Shown: positions 16,190 through 29,200 of the stretch, in pieces | Layout of the letters: every line of letters begins with the position of its first letter | Numbering within the stretch: position 1 is the stretch's first letter | DNA from: Eledone cirrhosa | Taxonomy: Eukaryota | Reading direction: 5' to 3' | DNA: 64,000 nucleotides | Assembly: GCA_964016885.1 (NCBI GenBank) | Contig: OZ024740.1 | Location: 315,332,001-315,396,000, forward strand | Translations under genes and position numbers: made by a program | The notes under the pieces: model-generated | What the model saw: the letters and a program-made list of their open reading frames with translations, nothing else | The model's database searches: none | Told to the model about the DNA's origin: nothing

Positions 16190-16256
16190 CTTGGAACTCT
16201 TTTAACCATCTTTTGATCTTATATTATATATGTATATATATATATATACATATATA

Positions 16257-16287
<31 letters not shown>

Positions 16288-16450
16288 ATATAATAAACAA
16301 CACAATATAATTATTCCGTTACAGAAACGTCCAGCCCGTACATCAGATAATATGATTATGTATTTGATATCTATTAAACATGAAAGTGAGACTGAGTTAA
16401 AATAACACATGGAGCACTCTTCTTTCCTTTACCTTTTCTACGGAAATACT

Positions 16451-16562
<112 letters not shown>

Positions 16563-16722
16563 ATACTTTGGGAGGGTCATGTTGCCAATAAGAAACACAC
16601 GCACCAGTTGCTTTCACTTCAATTTATTATATATTTATAAATTTATAAATTTACAAATCTACAAACTTATAAATTTCTGGTTGGTTGGTTGGTTCCACAA
16701 CCAGATAGTTGTTTATATATAT

Positions 16723-16767
16723 AGTTATAGTCCTTTCGTCACACACTCTGTGACCTCTTCAGTGACT
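16723..16767 (-). ncRNA. Minimal hammerhead ribozyme (PLE 2 left arm)
   Basis: agtca CTGAAGA g gtcaca/tgtgac GAAA ggac TA taact (one stem I mismatch). Confidence 0.7.
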
Positions 16768-16929
16768 GGGGATTCCTTTCTTCGTTTCTGTGCCTTTCCT
16801 TTCTTCTATCCTACGCCATTTTGTTTCTGTGTGTGTGTTGTGTGCTCAGTTTGCGCATGCGCCACATCCGGGTGTCTGTGTGTGTTTGTGTTCATTTTTC
16901 TATTTTTCTATTTATATTTTTCTATTTGT

Positions 16930-16964
<35 letters not shown>

Positions 16965-17013
16965 TTGTTGGTTGGTTGTTTGTTCTATGTGTGTGTGTGT
17001 TTTCATTTTGTCC

Positions 17014-19449
17014 TTAATTGTAAGTTGTGATGTTGCTGTTCCACTCATATTTTCTATTTAATTTTGGTTTTAATTCTTTTATGCTTACTGCCTCTGTAAT
17101 TTGCCTAAACATTGCGTCTTTTCTGTGCGTGGATTCTATTTTTATTTCTATGCTCTCTAATCTACCCCTGTGTTCTATCTTAGCATGTTGGTAGAGCACA
17201 GATGATTCTTTATTATCTTGGAGGTCTCGCCAGTGTTCATTTATTCGTTCCCCTATACTACGAGCTGTCTCACCTATGTACACTATATTTTTGTTTCTAC
17301 ATTGTCCTTCAGTACATCTTATGCTATACACTACATTTCTAGTTTTACAGTTAATATGGGGGCTTATTTTACAGGTTATACATTTCTTATCTATACATGA
17401 GGGTCTTTGGAACGGGTATGTCTTGCTAATAAGTGTTTTTACGGAGGTACCAGGTCTTTCTACTATCTTAATATTGAGATTATGTTTATTTAAGGCCCTT
17501 CTAAATTTGTAGGCTAGTTCGCCTCTAGGGGTTGTATTGATGAACATTACACTCTGGTATTTATTGCTATCATACCATGAGTTTATTCTATTGGCCTTGT
17601 TCCTAGTTCTTTCTATTCTATTCCAAAATTTGCTCCTATACAAGGGGCAGGTCCCATTTATGTCATTATTTACCATTTTGTCCCATTTGGTTCTGGCTCC
17701 TTTATACACTCTGATTCTATCTCTCTGATTGTAGCCAGAGAACTGCATACGGTGGATGAAGTGTTGTATGTGTCTCTCTAGTTCTTCGGGGTTGCACATG
17801 CGGGACACATTTCTCATCACCCGTACCAAATCCGCAATCAGTATGTTGATTTTGGTATGGTCCGAAATGGCCGAGTTTCGGTGGATCAGATGTTTGGAAG
17901 TCATGGGTTTGGCATAATGGGAATGGAGGATTTGTTTTTGGTTGTTAATGGTATCTAACCAGAGCTCTGTGTCTAGTACAGGTAATCGATGGTTGGGGTG
18001 TCTATTTGGGTAGTCTATAGTAACTCTAATGCTCTGGTGGATGGAGTTTGCTATTTGCTGGATGCTTTCCATTGTGTTTTTCTCTAGTTCCTGACTGTTC
18101 TTTAGTGGGGGTGTCTTAACTACGATGTTTATATCATCTACGTAGCGGGAGTACATTATCAGGGTTAAGCTGTTTTCTAATTGTTCATTAAGTTTTTGTT
18201 TAAGTCTACTGTCCCACCATACCATGAATAAGTTAGCTATGTCGCCTGCAATGCTAACACCAATGGCTGCTCCTTCCTCTTGGGCATATGTTTTACCATT
18301 AAATTTGAACATATGTTCCTTAAGGGTTAATTTTATGCTTGTCCCTACCGCATGTGCAATCATTTTCTTCAGTTCATCGTGGTTTTCGGGTGTCCGTATG
18401 GCTCTGGTCCACCCGTTCCATCTATCTGTGTGGGTTTTCTTGGCCATTGAGGTAATGGTAGGTGGTCTGCCTCTTGCTGGTCTTGTAGGGCACAGGTTGC
18501 TAAGGTCATAAGTGTCTAGGTAACTATTACTATGGGTAAGCTTAAGTAGAAGTCCCAGCTCACTGGTATCAATCCCACGGAACTCAACCTTGCTCTCGCT
18601 GATCATTTCTACGCATTTCTCCACAGCAAAATCCACGTCAATAGATGGATACAGGGACACAACATCCATACTGCCTATTATGCAGTTTGTTAGGTCCCCA
18701 GATCGGTTACCCGCGCCGATTCTGCTGAGGAGGTCCTCCGTGCTGTCACACACATCTGGGGACATCTCAATGATGGGGCGTATGATCAGGGAGAGGAAGT
18801 AGGACAGTCTGTAGTTACTAGCAATGTTAGCCCCACAGACTGGTCGTGTTGGTGGTCCCGTGACAGGGTCCCAGCCCGTTTTATGGTCTTTTCGAAGCCC
18901 ATATAACGCCGGCACGTCATTGTTCCAGGCCTGGAAGTTGTTGGCAGTCCTTTTGTTGGGCTGCATTATATTCGTCCACATCACCATATGGGCATTGAGG
19001 GCTTTTTCTCTATCCTCATGCTCCTGTGGTGTTACCTCTCTTGTGTTAGTGATGTGGGGTTGCATTGCCTGGATGTAGTTTGGCAGGCTGTCAACCGACA
19101 TTCTGCCAGACTTGTCTGTTGGAAAACATGCTATCTCTCCATTACGCGAGCGCTGCATGAGCTTACGCAAGCCATTTGCAGATTCTTCTCCCAGTTGCTG
19201 GGCCTCTATTCTATTATGCTTCTTGCTATACTGTTCTATAATATTTCTAAGTTCGGATTTAGCTATACTAAATTGTGCTTCTGTTTGTTCATCGACCTGC
19301 GACGGCAACTGCGTGCGTTTGTTAAATGGCAAAGTCGTGGCGTGGACTCGTCGTAGGTCGAATGATTTATCGGAGGGGTTATAAAACAGAGAGTTCCAGG
19401 CTGCTGCTTTATGTGTACTAGTGCTATTATTATTGTTAGTTGTGTTATT
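17014..19449 (-). CDS. PLE reverse transcriptase + GIY-YIG endonuclease (5'-truncated, uninterrupted frame)
   Basis: LYGLRKDHK, GSMDVVSLYPS, QEEGAAIG, RYVDD, LPVLD, CxxxxCxxC and VVYSIRC...YIGETARS..ERINEH. Read by eye, the frame stays open upstream of 19332 to the inversion junction. Confidence 0.92.
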   Translation of the reverse strand, partial: NNTTNNNNSTSTHKAAAWNSLFYNPSDKSFDLRRVHATTLPFNKRTQLPSQVDEQTEAQFSIAKSELRNIIEQYSKKHNRIEAQQLGEESANGLRKLMQRSRNGEIACFPTDKSGRMSVDSLPNYIQAMQPHITNTREVTPQEHEDREKALNAHMVMWTNIMQPNKRTANNFQAWNNDVPALYGLRKDHKTGWDPVTGPPTRPVCGANIASNYRLSYFLSLIIRPIIEMSPDVCDSTEDLLSRIGAGNRSGDLTNCIIGSMDVVSLYPSIDVDFAVEKCVEMISESKVEFRGIDTSELGLLLKLTHSNSYLDTYDLSNLCPTRPARGRPPTITSMAKKTHTDRWNGWTRAIRTPENHDELKKMIAHAVGTSIKLTLKEHMFKFNGKTYAQEEGAAIGVSIAGDIANLFMVWWDSRLKQKLNEQLENSLTLIMYSRYVDDINIVVKTPPLKNSQELEKNTMESIQQIANSIHQSIRVTIDYPNRHPNHRLPVLDTELWLDTINNQKQILHSHYAKPMTSKHLIHRNSAISDHTKINILIADLVRVMRNVSRMCNPEELERHIQHFIHRMQFSGYNQRDRIRVYKGARTKWDKMVNNDINGTCPLYRSKFWNRIERTRNKANRINSWYDSNKYQSVMFINTTPRGELAYKFRRALNKHNLNIKIVERPGTSVKTLISKTYPFQRPSCIDKKCITCKISPHINCKTRNVVYSIRCTEGQCRNKNIVYIGETARSIGERINEHWRDLQDNKESSVLYQHAKIEHRGRLESIEIKIESTHRKDAMFRQITEAVSIKELKPKLNRKYEWNSNITTYN

Positions 19450-19450
19450 T

Positions 19451-20321
19451 CCACCGAAACTCGGCCATTTCGGACCATACCAAAATCAACATACTGACTG
19501 CGGATTTGGTACGGGTGATGAGAAATGTGTCCCGCATGTGCAACCCCGAAGAACTAGAGAGACACATACAACACTTCATCCACCGTATGCAGTTCTCTGG
19601 CTACAATCAGAGAGATAGAATCAGAGTGTATAAAGGAGCCAGAACCAAATGGGACAAAATGGAAAATAATGACATAAATGGGACCTGCCCCTTGTATAGG
19701 AGCAAATTTTGGAATAGAATAGAAAGAACTAGGAACAAGGCCAATAGAATAAACTCATGGTATGATAGCAATAAATACCAGAGTGTAATGTTCATCAATA
19801 CAACCCCTAGAGGCGAACTAGCCTACAAATTTAGAAGGGCCTTAAATAAACATAATCTCAATATTAAGATAGTAGAAAGACCTGGTACCTCCGTAAAAAC
19901 ACTTATTAGTAAGACATACCCGTTCCAAAGACCCTCATGTATAGATAAGAAATGTATAACCTGTAAAATAAGCCCCCATATTAACTGTAAAACTAGAAAT
20001 GTAGTGTATAGCATAAGATGTACTGAAGGACAATGTAGAAACAAAAATATAGTGTACATAGGTGAGACAGCTCGTAGTATAGGGGAACGAATAAATGAAC
20101 ACTGGCGAGACCTCCAAGATAATAAAGAATCATCTGTGCTCTACCAACATGCTAAGATAGAACACAGGGGTAGATTAGAGAGCATAGAAATAAAAATAGA
20201 ATCCACGCACAGAAAAGACGCAATGTTTAGGCAAATTACAGAGGCAGTAAGCATAAAAGAATTAAAACCAAAATTAAATAGAAAATATGAGTGGAACAGC
20301 AACATCACAACTTACAATTAA
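19451..20321 (+). pseudogene. Inverted duplicate of the PLE 2 C-terminus (RT thumb + GIY-YIG)
   Basis: Protein matches the last ~290 aa of the 17014 ORF except ILTAD/ILIAD and MENN/MVNN. Confidence 0.9.
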
Positions 20322-20370
20322 GGACAAAATGAAAACACACACACACATAGAACAAACAACCAACCAACAA

Positions 20371-20409
<39 letters not shown>

Positions 20410-20571
20410 ACAAATAGAAAAATATAAATAGAAAAATAGAAAAATGAACACAAACACACACAGACACCCGGATGTGGCGCATGCGCAAACTGAGCACACA
20501 ACACACACACAGAAACAAAATGGCGTAGGATAGAAGAAAGGAAAGGCACAGAAACGAAGAAAGGAATCCCC

Positions 20572-20616
20572 AGTCACTGAAGAGGTCACAGAGTGTGTGA
20601 CGAAAGGACTATGACT
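20572..20616 (+). ncRNA. Minimal hammerhead ribozyme (PLE 2 right arm)
   Basis: agtca CTGAAGA g gtcaca-gagtg-tgtgac GAAA ggac TA tgact; perfect stems I and II. Confidence 0.8.
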
Positions 20617-20834
20617 ATATATATAAACAACTATCTGGTTGTGGAACCAACCAACCAGAAATTTATAAGTTTGTAGATTTGTAAATTTATAAATTTATAA
20701 ATATATAATAAATTGAAGTGAAAGCAACTGGTGCGTGTGTTTCTTATTGGCAACATGACCCTCCCAAAGTATAACAATATCGGTTTCAACACACGATTTC
20801 AGATAAAGAATCTTGCTAAACAAATTCAGAAACG

Positions 20835-20971
<137 letters not shown>

Positions 20972-20994
20972 TATAGATATATAGATATATATAT

Positions 20995-21241
20995 ACAATG
21001 ATATTAAATAAATGGAAACTATATTTATAAAACTATATTTATACTATTATATATATTTCAAGGGTACCAAAGTTTTGGTACACTTGAAATATATATAATA
21101 AAATGAATATGGTTTTATAAATATAGTTTCCATTTATTTAATATCATTGAATATTATACTCCAGAAAACATGACGAGTGCTCTGAATCAGTTATAAACAT
21201 TTATATTTGTTGAATTACCAGCAAATTGAATATCCATTTTG

Positions 21242-21243
<2 letters not shown>
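20995..21243. mobile_element. Fold-back PLE remnant, family B
   Basis: About 75-bp inverted arms 20995-21150; the right arm matches the hammerhead-bearing 33949-34045. Confidence 0.7.
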
Positions 21244-21283
<40 letters not shown>

Positions 21284-21475
21284 GTATAGGATTACCCAAG
21301 ATGTAGTGATGTTTAATTACTACACTGGATATGGTTGACGTGCGGTGAGAGGTTACTCTACGAGTTATGGAAGAATTGTTGAAGAAACTTAGTTCCTGAT
21401 CCCTCTGTATTCCGGAGTGTATATAAAGAATGAATAATAACAGGTAGACATCATAAAAAGGTAATTTATTCCGTG

Positions 21476-21587
21476 TGCTTACAAATGTTTCCACGGTGGT
21501 ACTACAGCCTAGTTATGCTATGTGCAAATTTACAAGTATTTGCAGAACTCAAATACCCAATGCTGTGACCACTGTATCCTCAGAGCA
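21476..21587 (-). ncRNA. Hammerhead with extended stem II (PLE 3 left arm)
   Basis: Reverse complement of 24920-25031. Confidence 0.7.
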
Positions 21588-24500
21588 GAATGGTAAAATG
21601 TACAATGTAAATACCCTTAAGTGGGGTTGTTGGGGAAGATAGAGTAGAAAAGGAAGAGAGAAAAGTAGGGGAGAGGGAGAGAGAGAGAAAGATATGCAGG
21701 GGTTGGAGAAGTAGGAGAGAGTGGTTTGTAGATATCTTAATCAAAATGTTATGGTAGGGGTTTTATTATACTGGTTACTTTTGGAGAGATGCGTTGATAG
21801 TTAAGGTCGGAATTATTTATTGCCCCAGAGGGCAGGTTCATAGATGTGGAGAGGGGGGTAGGCCAAAGGCGAGAGAGAGAGAGTGTAATGGATGTAGAGA
21901 GAGAGGTAGAGAGGGGACAGACGAAGTTTATGTGGTGAGTGAACTTTGGGTTTGTAGTAGTAATCTGTGAATTGCATTGAGTTACCATTTATAGTGATAA
22001 GCAGTGTATTGTCTTGTAGTGTGGGGGAAGAGAAGGTGGTTAGCTAGAAAACGATGTTATAGTTACGGGTTCGAATGTTAAGTTATTTTATAGTGAGAGA
22101 ATTTAGCTTTTAGTTTGTGGTTGCAGTATAATGATCGTTCAATTCTATCGTTAAGTAGTTTGTTTGGGGATTTTAATATGTAAAAGAGTTCAAGGTTACA
22201 TAACCTGCAGTACTTCAATCCACTCCGATATGCACTTGCGCTGGAAAGTATATCCCATTTTAAGGTGAACTGTTGGTTGCGTTCACGGAGTTGCCAAGTC
22301 TTGTTGGCGAACGTGGTTACAAAACGGTGATTAGGATGTTTGATTGAGAATCGATGACGGTACCAGCGAGATTTAAACGAGGTGGTGGTAGATCCGATAT
22401 AATACCATTTCTGGTCGTTCGATTCAACCGTGCATTGGTAAACAATGTTGGACTTTAGGCATTCATTCTTCAATGGACATCTTTCAGGTAGATGGCAGTT
22501 ACATTCTTTGTTGTGGGTAGCGGGTATACCATGGATAGGTTGTGATAGCAGTGCAGGTGGATTGTGTAATACCCGTCTCCCATTTAGTGGTTGGGAGGCA
22601 GATATTACGTTCTGCCCATCTGTTACTAAAATGTTTTGTTTTGTAGAGTTGTTTAATTGCCTTAAGTTAAGTTTTTTTATGTATGCTTCAAGGTTTGGTG
22701 CCGTGGAGTATGATAGTCTAATGGTTTTAGAGTTCAGAATTTTGCTGTATTTATGGGAACTAGGGAAATGTTTGTTGATTAACTTAAAGAATGAAAGAGA
22801 TAGTTTTGTACTAATCGAGGCATTAAAAATAGGATTGTACCAGATATACTTTCTACAACGTGATTTATTTGGTGGTGATTTTCTATTATTAGTATGTCTG
22901 GTGGTACTGCGTGTGCGCGCTTGTATTTTAGTCCCCCGGTTACGTATTCCTTGATTTCGTGTAGAGCTATGTGTGTTATGGAAATTCCTATCAATGTATT
23001 CAATTGTATCCCGGTGATCGGCATTCCTTAATGCATTATTGTAGTATTCAGCATGTTCACTAAAAATATCAGAGTTAGACGATAGGCGAGAGATTCTAAG
23101 AGAAATACTCCGGGGAACTGGATCATGGAGAGTGGGTGGTTTGAGTTAAAGTTAATATACGTAAGGTTCTCATTCATCTTGTGGAAGGGTCGTATCTGTC
23201 CGGTATTTAAATTAAGAGTTACGTCCAGAAAGTTTACCACTTTAAGATTGTATTCGTATGTTATTTTTAGACCCAGTTCACTAAAAGATTTTCTAATATT
23301 TTTCCGTAGCCTTTCAAGATTTTGGTTATTCAAGTTATTAACTAATAAGAGCCCGTCATCTCTGTATATCCCCTCCCTGAAGATTACTAAATTTACTATG
23401 TAATATGTGGGCTATGTAAATTCCCACGAGATCCGTGACCTACGCCGAGTCGTTGGAACCCATGGTAATATCGAAATTTGTGGGTCTGTCCTTACGTTCC
23501 CAGTAGCAGTTATCAAACTTAATAATGGTTTTTCTAGCCTCGAGAATAATATTAATTTCGTCCTCCGTTAGGTCGGAATTGACCTTAGCAAACGATAGGG
23601 CCTTACGTAAAGTGCTTGGTGAGATGGAAGAGTAGTATTCGTCTATGTCAAATTGTATAAACTTAGATTTATTCTTATTCTTAACATTATTAAACCAGCG
23701 AATTGCTTCGCTAGTGTTGCCCCATAATTTAATTTCGATTTTCTTTTTCACTTGAGTTATTACTCTGTCAAGTATATGTTTGCTAATTTTTCCTATGTCT
23801 GATTTAGAAGGGCATATAAGTCTAATCTTAGGGTTAGAGTCAAAATTTACCTTATGGTCCTTCAGGTTGAAGGTGGGGGTAGCGGGTATAATCGGCTCGG
23901 TTCTATCGTCTATCTTGAGATTCTTCACCACTTTAGGGTATTACACAATCCACCTGTACCGCTACCACAACCTATCCAAGGTATACCCGCTACCCACAAC
24001 AAAGAATGTAACTGCCATCTACCTGAAAGATGTCCATTGAAGAATGAATGCCTAAAGTCCAACATTGTTTACCAATGCACGGTTGAATCGAACGACCAGA
24101 AATGGTATTATATCGGATCTACCACCACCTCGTTTAAATCTCGCTGGTACCGTCATCGATTCTCAATCAAACATCCTAATCACCGTTTTGTAACCACGTT
24201 CGCCAACAAGACTTGGCAACTCCGTGAACGCAACCAACAGTTCACCTTAAAATGGGATATACTTTCCAGCGCAAGTGCATATCGGAGTGGATTGAAGTAC
24301 TGCAGGTTATGTAACCTTGAACTCTTTTACATATTAAAATCCCCAAACAAACTACTTAACGATAGAATTGAACGATCATTATACTGCAACCACAAACTAA
24401 AAGCTAAATTCTCTCACTATAAAATAACTTAACATTCGAACCCGTAACTATAACATCGCTTTCTAGCTAACCACCTTCTCTTCCCCCACACTACAAGACA

Positions 24501-24919
24501 ATACACTGCTTATCACTATAAATGGTAACTCAATGCAATTCACAGATTACTACTACAAACCCAAAGTTCACTCACCGCATAAACTTCGTCTGTCCCCTCT
24601 CTACCTCTCTCTCTACATCCATTACACTCTCTCTCGCCTTTGGCCTACCTCCCTCTCCACATCTATGAACCTGCCCTCTGGGGCAATAAATAATTCCGAC
24701 CTTAACTATCAACGCATCTCTCCAAAAGTAACCAGTATAATAAAACCCCTACCATAACATTTTGATTAAGATATCTACAAACCACTCTCTCCTACTTCTC
24801 CAACCCCTGCATATCTTTCTCTCTCTCTCCCTCTCCCTTACTTTTCTCTCTTCCTTTTCTACTCTATCTTCCCCCAACAACCCCACTTAAGGGTATTTAC
24901 ATTGTACATTTTACCATTC

Positions 24920-25031
24920 TGCTCTGAGGATACAGTGGTCACAGCATTGGATATTTGAGTTCTGCAAATACTTGTAAATTTGCACATAGCATAACTAGGC
25001 TGTAGTACCACCGTGGAAACATTTGTAAGCA
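24920..25031 (+). ncRNA. Hammerhead with extended stem II (PLE 3 right arm)
   Basis: tgct CTGAGGA [tacagtggt-cacagc ... gctgta-gt-accaccgtg] GAAA c attt GTA agca. Confidence 0.7.
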
Positions 25032-25078
25032 CACGGAATAAATTACCTTTTTATGATGTCTACCTGTTATTATTCATT

Positions 25079-25127
<49 letters not shown>

Positions 25128-25133
<6 letters not shown>

Positions 25134-25300
25134 GGAAAACGAGAATCAGTGATGAATCGGAACTCAATTTATTACGTATTGTAATAAATTGAGTTCCGAT
25201 GTGTCACTGATTCTTCGTTTTACATTATATCATACTCTGTTCCGTAAGAGCATAGAGTGCTCAACCGGCATACCGCTTATGGACACATCTTAGCTACCAT
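25128..25300. mobile_element. Fold-back remnant with one-sided tail
   Basis: About 48-bp inverted arms 25128-25229 centred on ACGTA. Confidence 0.55.
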
Positions 25301-25354
25301 AAGATATATATACACACACACACCCACGCGCGCATATATATATATATATGTTAT

Positions 25355-25520
25355 ATATGTTGATTTAAAACTGCACTATCCACAAGTGTTTTTAACCTTC
25401 ATATCATGTCCTCCTATTTTATCTGATGAAAACACAAATGTTATTGCATGATGATATTTGTTTTTGAAATGCGCATAATAAAATACATGGTACTCATTTA
25501 ACCATCTTTTGATCTTATAT
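25355..25520 (+). mobile_element. Solo 3' end of the PLE 1 family, with hammerhead at 25415-25485
   Basis: Matches 16058-16224. Confidence 0.8.
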
Positions 25521-25589
25521 ATATATATATAACCAAAGTATATATTTTATTATATATTTTAGTATATATTATGGTTATATATATATTTT

Positions 25590-25815
25590 GCAAGAGATGT
25601 CAACATGAATGGACCTATTATTTTTATCTAAAGACATTTTTTCCAATTCCATCCCGCCCGTCCCCTTAATCTATTTTATTTCTCATTCTTTCTTCTGATG
25701 AAGGACTAGCGTCCGAAACGTTAAGACCCTCTTCCTGCTATATCAAGCGTTAACCTAATATATACCGTTCATATACTGTACCGATTGTGTTGTTATTTCT
25801 GTTTAACTTTTACAT
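25590..25815 (+). mobile_element. PLE-type 3' end, family C, with hammerhead at 25691-25726
   Basis: tctt CTGATGA a ggac-tagc-gtcc GAAAC GTT aaga; second copy on minus at 57375-57600. Confidence 0.8.
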
Positions 25816-26249
25816 ACATAAAAGAGGCAGCACATATGTTAGGACACAATAACCTCCTAAGCAGACCTAGTGCAGATATGAGTAGTATATGGCAACCGGT
25901 ATTGAGGAAGGATAGAAAAATATCAGTTTATAAGCCATAAAAAATAAAAAAATAAAAAAAATAAAAAGTATAATAATGATTTCTTTATTAACCACAAGGG
26001 TTTACATAAAGTAGACATTAAGGACAGTGCAGGACAATACAGGACGGTACAAATGGGCATTTCTGCGTGTAAAAAACAAAAACAGAGGATGTAACAAAAA
26101 AATAACAATGAAAAATTCCCCAATAGGGGGGAGACTTCGGAGGGATATTTGTGGAGAAAGCCCAGTAAAAGGCCACAAGTGACCCTGACCACCAAGGCAA
26201 GTGCTCTCTCCCAGTTTTCCACCTTTAATTTACAGATACATACTCAGAG

Positions 26250-29200
26250 TAGGCCCATTCACTCGGGCCATTCTTGCTTCTCTCACCCATCTTTCAACAA
26301 AATGCTTGGAAGAGAGCACTTCCCTCTCTACCCTTTGAAAAAGTTAATCAGGGCATCACCGAAGAGGTAAGTGCTCGTCTTCAGCCCTTTCAAACGTGTC
26401 CACCATACTATCTCTTTCGCCATGGCCACCAGACAGATAAAAACTGCCTGCCCTTCCCGGCTAAAGGAAGAGGGCGGGGCAATCCTCATGATGGACTCAG
26501 ATGATAGCCGGATCCGTCCTACACGGGACAGCAGGTGTTCGACATAAACCCACAAGTCAGCAATTTTCGGACACTGGACGAGTGCGTGCAGGACGGTTTC
26601 GTCGCCCTGCATGCATCTCGGACATGCCCGTCTGACGGCACCTCCATGCCTGTAGAGTTTATCCCGAACTGGCAAAGCTCCTCGGTAGCACTGCCAGGCC
26701 AGAGATTTCTGGAAGTTGTCCATAGGTCCCGGCCCGAAAGTTCTTCCGAAGAGATTGGCTAGTTGATTTTCGTCGACGCCTAGAGTTTCCCCAAGTACGT
26801 CGTCGCTCTTCCCCTCCACTAATCCTCTATAGAACGCCGAGGTGGAGTTTCCACCGATCACATTGCCCGATTGGTCGAGGGCTGTAAGCGCCTGAAGACA
26901 TTCCAGTCTCTAGGCGCTCCCTCTCGGTCTTCGCTTGACCCAGGACTGCAGCTCCGTCAAGGAAACGAGCTGGGGAAATACGTGTCTAGCAAACGGCGAC
27001 CACACCTGATCACCGTCGAGGAAGGGGTGGAGATGTCGTAGCCTGAGCGCGTGTCTGCGCATCATCAGCCACGGCATGCCCAGCCCTCCACGTAGCGGGT
27101 GTTGACAGCAGATGGACCGCCTGACCATCGGAACGCGTCCCTTCCACAAAAAGCGAAAGAGCAAACGCTCCAGCGCAGTCAGGCGGGGCTTAGGACAAGG
27201 TACGACGGTCAGACGGTAGCAGATGACAGACGCGATGTACGCGTTAGCCATCTCCGCTCGACCTTTCAGGGATAGCTTCCTCTCCGCCCATTTCTGGGTG
27301 AGAGAAGCCACCCTGCTCGTCACCTCGTCCCAGTTTTTGTCCGTCTGGAGGTCCGGACCGAACCAGACCCCTAGCAATTTAACCGGTCCGTCCGTCCAGC
27401 GTCCGACGACGCTGTTGGACGGCATGGACCTGCCTCTCCATGTGCCGAGCTGCAGGCCCACTGGCTTTTCCTGGTTGATCATTGCTCCTGTCAACGCTTC
27501 GTATTCTCTTAGTGTAGTGCCGATCGCCTCGATGTGTTTGGCGTTCGACACCGCTACAGTGACATCGTCCGCATATGCTGACACGGATCTTCCGCATCCT
27601 AGTTCGCGCAGGACGCCCCTCAACGTCTCCAGTTTGTGCAGTAATGGCTCGAGAGTCAATACGTACAAGAGGGACGAGAGGGGACATCCTTGGCGGACCG
27701 AGCGCATGATGTTGAACGGTTCCGAAAGGTGACCGTTCACTCTCACCACAGAGCAGATGTCGCTGTGCATGGCAGCGATCCAGCCTCTGAAGACGGGCCC
27801 AAAGCCAGCCGCCCTCAGGACTGCTGCTAGGTAACGATGGTCGACCCTATCGAAAGCTTTCGACTGATCTAAATGCCAAGTTCCCTAGCTACCCTCTCTA
27901 CGATGTATCGCATGAGGTGGAGGTTGTCGTGGATGGATCTGTCGGGAATGGCGCATGTCTGCGCCTCTCCCACCAGACCACCAACGACAAGCGCCAACCT
28001 CTTTGCTAGCACCTTGGCCAAAATCTTGAACTCTGTGTTTAGCAGAGTTATGGGCCTGAAATAATCTATGTTATCCCCCTTGTTCGGATCATTTCTCAGC
28101 AGTGCCACTGCTCCTCGGCTCACAGAGCTGGGAATTCTCCCGTTCTGTTGCCAGTTGCAGTAGACGTCCGCCAAGAGACCTCCGAACAAGTCTGGCATTT
28201 GTACGTAAAGTTCATAGGGCAGACGATCCAAACCAGGCGATTTACCCCTTGTGCAGCCAGTCATTGCCTCCCGTACTTCAGCGGCTGTTATCGGCTTTTC
28301 GTAACACTCCGCCTAAGTGGCCGAGAGCCGCGGCAGTCCGTCGAGGTAAACACTAAAGTCCATACCTCGACCCGGCCCACCGCTGCCCCCGAACAGCTGA
28401 GCGAAGTGTTGCTGAAAAGCTTCATACATTTGCCCGGGATCGAGTAGCATGCGCCCGTCGTGGTCCACCAAAGACCGGATCGTGGCTTTGTTGCCACGAC
28501 GCGCCTCCGCCACTCGGGCCCATTGAACGGCTTTCGTCCCCTCGTGTCTGAGAGCACGCACCCTAGCTCTGACAACGCAGCCTTCGTGCTTTGCATTGAA
28601 GAATTGGTCAAGGGCCAATTTCGCCGCAAGCACGTGGGTCGCGATGCCTTTGCTAAGCGCCTCGTCTAATTTTCTAACTAGTTCTCCCTCTGCTCTATTT
28701 TTATCTATTGCTAAAGCCTTACTAAACCTAATGGATTCTATTCTAATCGCTCTTTTCAGACGAAACCACCACTTGTTGTTGACGATGGCCCCCGTCAACG
28801 CCCGCTTAACTAGTTCGCTAATCCGGTCTCTGTAGGCCTTGCGCGCTGGTAAGTACGCGTTTAGCTTCCAGTAGCCGGGTCCTCGTCTATGAAGCCTATC
28901 TATGTCAAGCACACAGATCACGAATTTGTGGTCCGTGTAGCTGACTATCTTGAATTGTGGACAGCCTATGCTAGACCTATCTATTTCCCTACAAAATACT
29001 CTATCTAGATATGATCTGGATGACCCTATGCGATTTGTCCAAGTCCACATTGGCACATTCGGGAAATCCAATCGGTACCTGTCAGACAGTTCAAAACGCC
29101 TGAGCAGGTTGGTGAGGCTCTTGCACCCTCCACCCCTATCCGCTAATCCCACACAGTCCCAGCGTGCATCTAAGATCCCGTTCCAGTCGCCTACTAACAC

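Larger units (their letters stand above)
13090..16224 (-). mobile_element. PLE 1: decayed, 5'-truncated Penelope-like element (Naiad-like) with inverted pLTR
   Basis: Minus strand GIYRDD at about 15785, CNCPVRTKCPLNNHC, LVYECKV...YFGS GIY-YIG and CNLCLSEK. 13178-13543 is the reverse complement of 15865-16224. Confidence 0.85.
21281..25085 (-). mobile_element. PLE 3: 5'-truncated Naiad-like PLE with 1.15-kb inverted repeat
   Basis: LKDHK..F, FDIDEYYSSI, MGSNDSA, GIYRDDGL, NFLDVTL, CNCHLPERCPL, IVYQC...YYIGS and CRLC...CNH. 21418-22574 is the reverse complement of 23936-25085; one TAG and frameshifts. Confidence 0.92.
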
